A DNA stretch of 42,198 nt from a virus (Duplodnaviria; Caudoviricetes), in IMG/VR virus record IMGVR_UViG_3300048578_000205, positions 1 through 42,198 of that record; one strand, given 5' to 3'. The number at the start of each line of letters is the position of its first letter. Within the stretch, counting starts at the first letter, position 1. Below, in pieces: positions 35,772 to 42,198 of the stretch. Below the pieces are notes generated by a model. It had not been told where the DNA came from and did no database searches. It saw only the letters and a list, made by a program, of their open reading frames with translations. A program made the translations under genes and the position numbers.

Positions 35772-35990
35772 GGGGTGGGATGTCGTCGGGACGGGGGGTG
35801 GGACATGGGGTGGGAAAGGGGTGGGACAGAGGGGGACAAGGGGTGGGACAGAGGGGGACGCGCGTTCACCTGCCGGACGGCCATGCCGGCCCGGCAGCCG
35901 CATTGTCGACGCAAATCTACGAAGCCAATCAGCGTCAGTGTGACGAGCTGTGGGATATGGGGTGGGACAAAGGGGGACGGCGGTGGGACA
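35772..35990 (+). repeat. Helically phased G-rich direct repeat array, (GG)GGTGGGAC-like, 8+4 copies
   Basis: GGGA cores end at 35780, 35791, 35803, 35815, 35826, 35836, 35848, 35858 and 35955, 35967, 35977, 35988 (10-12 bp spacing). Confidence 0.85.
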
Positions 35991-35996
35991 GCGGCC

Positions 35997-36761
35997 TTAC
36001 CGGCCAATCGCCGCGGCCCTGTCCGACGTGAAGCCTTGTTTGAATTGCCGATAAAAACGCACGCGCCGTCGCTCTGGCGAAAGGAAATCGATATTGAGCC
36101 GGTACCGGCCCTTGCCGTCGGCAAGGATCAGCTGTCGCCACGCCGGTTTGCGCTTGAACAGATCGATCAGCCGCATCGTCGCGGAATCGGCTTCATCGAG
36201 CAGCCGCTTGCCGTCGAGCCACGGGTTGTCGGTGTCGCTGGCCGCCTTCAAGAGGCGTAGTACCGCAGCCTGTTTCGGGCCAAAGCTGTGCCACTCATTG
36301 GCGACGCGGACTCGGGAAAAATCCTCGCTATGCCAGACATCGTTCGGTTTTCCAGTTTCGATTGACACTGCGTGATCGCGCTCAAACCGGTCACGTTCCT
36401 CGCGCGTCAGAATGAGGTCCTCGCGTCGCACAATTACCGCTGACGTTCCGAAGCGCACATGCACGTTCTGGTGTGGCTTTTCGGTCGGAAACGACCGCAC
36501 CTCGGCATTTCCTACCCGGAATATTTCCAGAAGCGTCGATCGCACCAGCCGTTGCGGACCATTAATGAACAGCACGCCTTGTGGTGAGCGGACATTGATG
36601 TCGCCGAGTTCCCACCCGCTTGCTTCGACCGGCAGGTCGACAACGAATACCGACAGCCGCAGCACCTCGTCGAGTGCGTAATCCTCAATGTCTCGCACTG
36701 ACATGTTCCAGCGCTTTGCCACATCGGCGATTCGATACCAGTGTCTTTGCGGCAACGGCAT
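35997..36761 (-). CDS. Putative DNA-binding regulator (N-terminal HTH, C-terminal winged-helix)
   Basis: WYRIADVAKRW N-terminus; FGPKQAAVLRLL...LL..ADS.TMRLIDLFK...GKGRYRL C-terminus. Confidence 0.75.
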   Translation of the reverse strand: MPLPQRHWYRIADVAKRWNMSVRDIEDYALDEVLRLSVFVVDLPVEASGWELGDINVRSPQGVLFINGPQRLVRSTLLEIFRVGNAEVRSFPTEKPHQNVHVRFGTSAVIVRREDLILTREERDRFERDHAVSIETGKPNDVWHSEDFSRVRVANEWHSFGPKQAAVLRLLKAASDTDNPWLDGKRLLDEADSATMRLIDLFKRKPAWRQLILADGKGRYRLNIDFLSPERRRVRFYRQFKQGFTSDRAAAIGR

Positions 36762-36833
36762 GTCTCACGCTCCTTTACGCTTTAACGTCAAACGGACAAT
36801 ACGGACCGGCAGAGGTGCGTCTGCATCACGTCC

Positions 36834-37562
36834 CTATTGGACCAGTTCGTATCGGTGCAGGCGGTACTCGATAAACGAAGCCGACACGCCAAACCGCTCG
36901 GCCAGATCAAACAGCAATTCCTCGATCCGGACCGGATCTGCAGCGGCGCGCAACACCGGCTGATCCTCGCCCGCGTCGCAGAGCGGTAGGCCGAGCGCGA
37001 TCGCCCGGCGAACGAGTTCGCGGTGCAACAGCCCTCGCGGCACCAACAGAGCGCCCATGAATTCATTGGCGCGAAACTCCCGCCAGTCCATCCTGCCGCG
37101 CACGCGCGCCGTCTGGCTGAGGTGGTATTCGTCAGCGGTGACGATGGCGAATGCTGGACGGCCGGCCTGACGCAGCATCGATGGGCCATCGAAGAGCGCG
37201 TGACCGAGTTCATGGGCCAACGTCGAGCGCTGAAGATAATCCCGCCCGGCAATGATTTCGGCGTTCAAGCTGATCAGCAGTGCGCCCGGCAGCGCGGGGT
37301 CTGCTTCTGTCGCACCGAGCGCGTCGCGCCCCTTCGCATCACGAACAATGCGGTTGAGGTCCCAATGCGCGACGATCTCGATGCCGTTGACCAGAAATTT
37401 CTGCGCCGCCCGCACCAGCCGATCCATGTCGATGCACAGGGTAGGCCGCCGCGGCAGAAGCTGTTTTCGCACATCTTCGGCGATGTCCCAGAGCTCCCGC
37501 GCCTTCAGCGGACTGGGCTCCATGCTGCGGCGGTCATTGGGATAGACAACCCGCAATGTCAT
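36834..37562 (-). CDS. ImmA/IrrE-family metalloprotease (anti-repressor type)
   Basis: RSTLAHELGH, EFRANEFMGALLVP, LAERFGVS..FIEYRL; ATG 37562 overlaps the XRE stop. Confidence 0.9.
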   Translation of the reverse strand: MTLRVVYPNDRRSMEPSPLKARELWDIAEDVRKQLLPRRPTLCIDMDRLVRAAQKFLVNGIEIVAHWDLNRIVRDAKGRDALGATEADPALPGALLISLNAEIIAGRDYLQRSTLAHELGHALFDGPSMLRQAGRPAFAIVTADEYHLSQTARVRGRMDWREFRANEFMGALLVPRGLLHRELVRRAIALGLPLCDAGEDQPVLRAAADPVRIEELLFDLAERFGVSASFIEYRLHRYELVQ

Positions 37563-37840
37563 CGATGCCCCCCGGCGGTTTGCTGCCGGTAGACGGCAAT
37601 CACGTCGTCGGTGCGCGCACGCAAATCCGGCGGCAGCCGCCGCGCTGCGGCGAACAGATCGTCCGGCGGTATACTGAGGGCGCCGGCCAGCGCCGATATC
37701 AAGTGATCCGGTGGCGGGTTTTCGCGTTCGCGCTCGATCCGGGACAGATAGGCGATTGAGATATCGAGCCGACGGGCCAACTCGGTCAGCGTCATGTCCC
37801 GATCTTCGCGCCGGCGGCGGATATAATACCCGAAGGCCAT
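37559..37840 (-). CDS. XRE-family HTH transcriptional regulator
   Basis: FGYYIRRRRE..MTLTELARRLDISIAYLSRIER; GGAGG RBS. Confidence 0.92.
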   Translation of the reverse strand: MAFGYYIRRRREDRDMTLTELARRLDISIAYLSRIERERENPPPDHLISALAGALSIPPDDLFAAARRLPPDLRARTDDVIAVYRQQTAGGHR

Positions 37841-37904
37841 TCGATACCTCCACGGCTTTGCCGCTTCACGTGAAGTCGTCAAAGGCAGCTTGCTTGAGCC
37901 ACAT

Positions 37905-37919
37905 GTTCACTATATGTTC
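37905..37919. promoter_or_regulatory. Alphaproteobacterial LexA (SOS) box GTTC-N7-GTTC
   Basis: GTTCactatatGTTC, a perfect match, in the divergent XRE/topoisomerase intergenic region. Confidence 0.8.
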
Positions 37920-37962
37920 TCTGCGTCGTGCTGTCGAATCGATTCTTCCAACCGAGCCCGTC

Positions 37963-40389
37963 ATGACCGATCAGTTCGTCATCACGGAGAAAACCAGCCA
38001 GGCCAAAGACGTCCGCGCCGCGGTCGGTCCACGTTATGGAGACATCCTTCCGGCCGAAGGTCATTTGCTCGACCTGCTCGAACCGGAAGATGTCGTTCCG
38101 GACTGGAAGCGTTGGTCGCCGATCCTTCTCCGACCGGAAGGACTCTACGGCACCCGCCCTGCTGCGGGCGGCAACAAGGCCGCCAAGCTCACAGCTATTC
38201 GCGAGGCATTGCGCACCGCCAAGCGGATTTGGCTCGCCACCGACTGCGACCGCGAAGGTCAGCTGATCGGTCAGGAAATCCTCGAGCATTATGGGTACCG
38301 TGGCCAGGTCATGCGGGTGCTGTTCACCGCGCAAGACCCGCAGACCATCCGCGACGCGTTCGAGCGGGCAAAACCCAATGCCGAATATGCCAAGCTTTAC
38401 GCTGCGGCCGTCGCGCGTCGGCAGGCTGATCAGATCTACAATCTGTCGCTCACGCGCACCGCGACTGTCATCCTGGCAAAGGGTACACGCCGCGTGATCG
38501 GTGTTGGCCGCGTAAAGACGCCGACCCTGGCCATTGTCTGCAAGCGTGAACTGGAAATCCGCAACTTCGTGCCAATCGCCTATTTTGAAGTTGTCGCCAC
38601 CGCGAAGGTTGCCGCAGGACAATTCCAGATGCGGCACGCGCCGCAGGAACGGATTGTTGGGCGCGAGATTGCCCAGGACATCGTCGAGGCAGTGGAAGGC
38701 TTCGAAGGCCCCCTTGCTGTGCGCGTGGAGGACAAGCGGCAGGGGCCACCCAAGCTGCACGATTTGCCGTCGCTGCAGAAATTATGCGGCTCACGTTTCG
38801 GCTGGCCGGCCAGCAAGACGCTCGAGGTGGCGCAGGAGCTTTATGACGGCCATGGCAAGAAGATCATCACCTACCCGCGCGCCGAGGTGCGCTATCTGCC
38901 ACAGAGCTTGGTATCGGATGTGCCGAAGATCATGGCCGGGCTGCAGGTGGGCCAGTCATTCAGCGCGATCCCCATGCCAACACCGCTGATGATCCGAAGG
39001 GGCGCGAGCGGTGCCTTTTACGACAAGGGGCTGGAGGGCGCGAGCCATCACGCCGTCATTCCCAACGTCAACACGATCGACAAGCTGCGCGAGGTCTGGC
39101 CTCGCCTATCATCCGACGAAAAGAAGCTGTTCGACGTCATCGCGCGGGCCTATCTGGCTGCGCTGATGCCCGACTTCCGCTACCGGCAGACAACCGCGAC
39201 GCTCGACGTACGTGGCTTCGAATTCCGCGCTTCCGGTCGCCAGCCCATCGAACTCGGCTGGCGCGCAGCATTCCCGGACTGGCAGCCCGCCGACGAAAAA
39301 GGAGATGAGGCGCAACTGCTGCCGCCGCTGCGCAATGGCGAGACCGCGCAGCTGCAGGATCCAAAAATCGAGAACAAGGAGACCCGACCGCCACCGCGTT
39401 ACAACGAAGGGACGCTGATCGAGGCGATGCAGAATGCTTGGCGCTTCGTCGATGACGAGGTGCTGCGGAACCGCCTGAAGGAAGCCAAGGGAATTGGCAC
39501 GCCGGCAACCCGCGCTGAGATCATCGGTGGGCTGAAGAAGCAGAGCTTTCTGATGGCGCAAGGAAAGCACATTGTGCCGACCGAGACCGGCCTTTCGCTG
39601 TTCGGTATTCTCAAACAAGCCGATCCGGCGCTGGTCGACCCTGGCGTGACGGCGCAATTGGAATGCCTGCTCGATGATGTCGTCGTCGGCAAGCAGGAGA
39701 TGATCGGCGCGATCGATGCCGTGTGCGACGTCGCCCAGCGGATCATCGGCAAGCTCAAGGATAGCGGAGCAGCCGGGGGCCTTCCTTCGCTTGGTACATC
39801 TGTCGGCACCGGCGATGGTTCTTATCCACCGACGCCTGCAATGAAGCGATTTGCCGAGAGCATTGCGCGACAGAAACGCGTCCAGCCTCCACCTGGATAC
39901 AAGACGTCGATATCGATTTGCCGCAAGTTCCTCAATGAGCACGCGCCCAAGACTGGCGACGGTGCAGCGGCTGGAACGAAGGACCCAAGGCCGGTCAGTC
40001 CGGCGCAGTTGATGTACGCCAAGAGAATCGCCCAGGGGAAAGGTCTGGTCATTCCCGATGAAGCCAAGGCAAACTCGGCTGCGATGTCGGCGTGGATCGG
40101 CGCCAACCGAGATACGAAGCGCGGTAAACGTGGTCGGACGACGGGGCGAGCGAAATCGGGTTTGCCTCGATCGACAGCGGCGACCAAGAGGCCTCGGAAG
40201 CGCACGACCCCGGCTACGGCCGCAGTATCGGCGACAGGTCAGCCAAATCCTCTTGCTGAGACGAGGTTGCAGATCCCTTATGGGAACAAGGAGATCGCGC
40301 TGGCGCTTGGGGCACGCTATGGCTCGTCAGGATGGCATGCGCCGCCTGGAGTTGACCTGGCGGCATTCCGCGAGCGCGGATGGCTGTAA
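37963..40389 (+). CDS. topB: Type IA DNA topoisomerase (topoisomerase III-like) with extended C-terminal region
   Basis: ITEK.SQA, EGHL, ATDCDREG, GRVKTPTL, ITYPR (catalytic Tyr), HHAVIP and GIGTPATRA motifs. Confidence 0.9.
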   Translation: MTDQFVITEKTSQAKDVRAAVGPRYGDILPAEGHLLDLLEPEDVVPDWKRWSPILLRPEGLYGTRPAAGGNKAAKLTAIREALRTAKRIWLATDCDREGQLIGQEILEHYGYRGQVMRVLFTAQDPQTIRDAFERAKPNAEYAKLYAAAVARRQADQIYNLSLTRTATVILAKGTRRVIGVGRVKTPTLAIVCKRELEIRNFVPIAYFEVVATAKVAAGQFQMRHAPQERIVGREIAQDIVEAVEGFEGPLAVRVEDKRQGPPKLHDLPSLQKLCGSRFGWPASKTLEVAQELYDGHGKKIITYPRAEVRYLPQSLVSDVPKIMAGLQVGQSFSAIPMPTPLMIRRGASGAFYDKGLEGASHHAVIPNVNTIDKLREVWPRLSSDEKKLFDVIARAYLAALMPDFRYRQTTATLDVRGFEFRASGRQPIELGWRAAFPDWQPADEKGDEAQLLPPLRNGETAQLQDPKIENKETRPPPRYNEGTLIEAMQNAWRFVDDEVLRNRLKEAKGIGTPATRAEIIGGLKKQSFLMAQGKHIVPTETGLSLFGILKQADPALVDPGVTAQLECLLDDVVVGKQEMIGAIDAVCDVAQRIIGKLKDSGAAGGLPSLGTSVGTGDGSYPPTPAMKRFAESIARQKRVQPPPGYKTSISICRKFLNEHAPKTGDGAAAGTKDPRPVSPAQLMYAKRIAQGKGLVIPDEAKANSAAMSAWIGANRDTKRGKRGRTTGRAKSGLPRSTAATKRPRKRTTPATAAVSATGQPNPLAETRLQIPYGNKEIALALGARYGSSGWHAPPGVDLAAFRERGWL

Positions 40390-40591
40390 ACATATGCATC
40401 CAATCGCGACCGGGTGCGGGTCGCTCGGTTAGCAATCAAAGATGCCAAATCGCCCGCAGCTGAAGGGCGACACAGCTCCGCATAACCCCGCAAATCCCGC
40501 CAAAACCCCGATCCCGTCGCTTCGAGTGCTCCTGGGGCACAATTGCTCGCTAGATTGATCGCCCGCAGAAACAGCAGCGCGGTCGATTGTC

Positions 40592-40792
40592 ATGAATGCG
40601 CTCCACCCCACCCACATGACCCCCGCCGAGCGTCTGGCCGAGATCGCCGACATTCTGGCGGCCGGCCTCATGCGTCTGCGGGCGCGGCAGTCCACTCATT
40701 TATCTGCCCACCATGGAGAAAGTTCGCTCGACTGTCTCGGCCACCAGAGCGGTCATGCCGGCGTCCGCACGACGCACGGAGGCCCGCATTGA
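40592..40792 (+). CDS. Small conserved protein preceding the DUF2924/recombinase pair
   Basis: MTPAERLAEIADILAAGLMRL; stop overlaps the TTG start of the next gene. Confidence 0.7.
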   Translation: MNALHPTHMTPAERLAEIADILAAGLMRLRARQSTHLSAHHGESSLDCLGHQSGHAGVRTTHGGPH

Positions 40793-41235
40793 CCGACACC
40801 GTCCTGGCCCAATTGGCCGCGCTGAAGACCGCGCCGATCGGCGCGCTGAAGCAGAAATGGCATGATCTCTTTGAGAACGAACCGCCGCCTTACAACCGAC
40901 GATTCCTCGAGCAGCGTATTGCCTACCGCATTCAGGAGTTGGCCTACGGCGGCCTCAAGCCCGAAACATTGAAGCGTCTGCGCGCCATCGCCGAGGATAT
41001 TGAGCGAGGAACGACCGGCCGCCGACGACAGTCACCCGATAGCCGGCCCGTAGCAGGCACGCGCCTCATTCGTGAGTACCAGGGCGTCGAGCACTGCGTG
41101 ACGGTGCGCGCTCAGGACTTTGAATACCAGGGCCGGCCGTACAAGTCGCTCTCGGCAATCGCGCGCGCAATCACTAGCACGCGATGGAATGGACGCGCCT
41201 TCTTTGGCTTGAAGAACTGGCGGCGCGCGTCATGA
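40789..41235 (+). CDS. DUF2924-type protein
   Basis: RIAYRIQELAYGGL, GTRLIREYQG..H.V, YKSLSAIARAIT.TRWNG..FFGL; GGAGG RBS, TTG start. Confidence 0.88.
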   Translation: MTDTVLAQLAALKTAPIGALKQKWHDLFENEPPPYNRRFLEQRIAYRIQELAYGGLKPETLKRLRAIAEDIERGTTGRRRQSPDSRPVAGTRLIREYQGVEHCVTVRAQDFEYQGRPYKSLSAIARAITSTRWNGRAFFGLKNWRRAS

Positions 41236-42198
41236 AGAATCCCATCGTCCGTAAACTGCGCTGCGCGGTCTACACCCGCAAGTCGACCGAAGAAGGGCTG
41301 GACAAGGAATTCAACACGCTGGATGCACAACGCGAGGCTTGTGAATCGTACATCGCGAGCCAGAAACCCGAGGGCTGGGTCCTGGTCCCTGACCGCTATG
41401 ACGACGGTGGTTTCTCGGGTGGCTCACTGGATCGGCCGGCATTGCAACGGTTGCTCGGCGACATTGAGGCGGACCGCGTCGACGTGATCGTCGTCTACAA
41501 GATCGACAGGCTCAGCCGATCGCTGATGGACTTCGCCAAGCTGGTCGAGGTGTTCGACCGCAACAGCGTAACCTTCGTCAGCATCACCCAGTCCTTCAAT
41601 ACGACCACGAGCATGGGACGCCTGACGCTGAACATCCTCCTCAGCTTCGCCCAGTTTGAACGTGAAGTCATCGGCGAACGTATCCGCGACAAGTTCGCGG
41701 CGTCGCGCAGGAAGGGCATGTGGATGGGCGGGTCGATCCCGCTCGGCTACGATGTCCAAAACCGCAAGCTGGTCGTCAATCAAGCTGAAGCCGCGACCGT
41801 GCGAATGATCTTCGAGCGCTTCGTCAAGGTCGGCTCGGCAACCAAAATGGTACGGACGCTCCAGGCCGAGCACGTCTGCGGCAAGCGGGGAAAGCTGGTC
41901 GAAAAGGGCTATGTCTACAGGCTGCTCAACAACCGGACCTATATCGGCGAGGCCGAGCACAAGGGAAACGTCTATCCGGGCGAGCATCAGGCCATCATCG
42001 ACCGCACCCTCTGGGATCGGGTGCACACGATAATGCGCGAAAGCCCACGTAAGCGAGCCGCGAACACACGTGCGCAGACGCCCTCGCTGCTCAAGGGTCT
42101 GATCTTCGGCCCGACCGGCCGGGCGATGACGCCGGTGCACACCCGTAAGAGAGGCAGGCTCTATCGCTACTACGTTTCGGCCGACGTGCTCAAAGACA
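41232..42198 (+). CDS. Large serine recombinase (integrase), truncated by window edge
   Basis: ATG 41232: RCAVYTRKSTEEGL..., YDDGGFSGG, VYKIDRLSRS, FAQFEREVIGERIRDK; absent from the ORF track because there is no stop in the window. Confidence 0.95.
   Translation, partial: MKNPIVRKLRCAVYTRKSTEEGLDKEFNTLDAQREACESYIASQKPEGWVLVPDRYDDGGFSGGSLDRPALQRLLGDIEADRVDVIVVYKIDRLSRSLMDFAKLVEVFDRNSVTFVSITQSFNTTTSMGRLTLNILLSFAQFEREVIGERIRDKFAASRRKGMWMGGSIPLGYDVQNRKLVVNQAEAATVRMIFERFVKVGSATKMVRTLQAEHVCGKRGKLVEKGYVYRLLNNRTYIGEAEHKGNVYPGEHQAIIDRTLWDRVHTIMRESPRKRAANTRAQTPSLLKGLIFGPTGRAMTPVHTRKRGRLYRYYVSADVLKD

Larger units (their letters stand above)
1..42198. mobile_element. Temperate prophage (lambda-type head/cos packaging, P2-type contractile-tail baseplate, large serine recombinase); extends beyond both window edges
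   Basis: Contiguous integration, regulation, replication, packaging, head and baseplate modules in phage order; no att site identifiable inside the window. Confidence 0.95.

Noticed and set aside
35639-36260. Gly-, Trp- or Pro-rich ORFs over the G-rich repeats
   Set aside because: Translations merely reflect the repeat array and overlap better-supported genes
1-42198. Gene transfer agent, tailocin or diversity-generating retroelement
   Set aside because: Integrase, replication origin, cos site and head genes indicate a true prophage; no reverse transcriptase or TR/VR pair seen

Overview
High-GC (~65% by eye) alphaproteobacterial-type DNA. The whole window is part of one temperate prophage. 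The right end has a large serine recombinase (truncated by the window edge), a DUF2924-type gene and a type IA topoisomerase. Reading leftwards on the minus strand come an XRE/ImmA regulatory pair downstream of an alphaproteobacterial LexA box; HTH regulators; a Sak4/SSB-like/Cas4-like/RecD-like/primase-VapE replication module with an iteron-like origin; RuvC-like and late-regulator genes; a lambda-like cosQ/cosN site; a ParB-methyltransferase; a lambda-type head module (terminase, portal, S49 protease, decoration protein, capsid E); and a P2-type baseplate (gpV, gpW, gpJ, gpI) that runs off the left edge. The standout cargo is an intact three-gene respiratory molybdoenzyme cassette at 19436-23674, wedged between the late regulator and the late promoter. 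It encodes a 4Fe-4S subunit, a Tat-exported DMSO-reductase-family subunit with an unusual DxxCxxxC FS0 motif, and a TorD-like chaperone, in the order B-A-D with no membrane anchor. It lacks the ArrA/ArxA signatures and resembles antimonate-reductase-type anrBAD clusters. Other notable signals are a shared N-terminal [IY]DLN[DH] motif on four replication proteins, helically phased repeat arrays at several promoters, a three-way-junction RNA, a zinc peptidase with a broken HExxH motif, and two free-standing HNH endonucleases next to gene starts with atypical codon usage. All family assignments come from motif recognition by eye, not from database searches.
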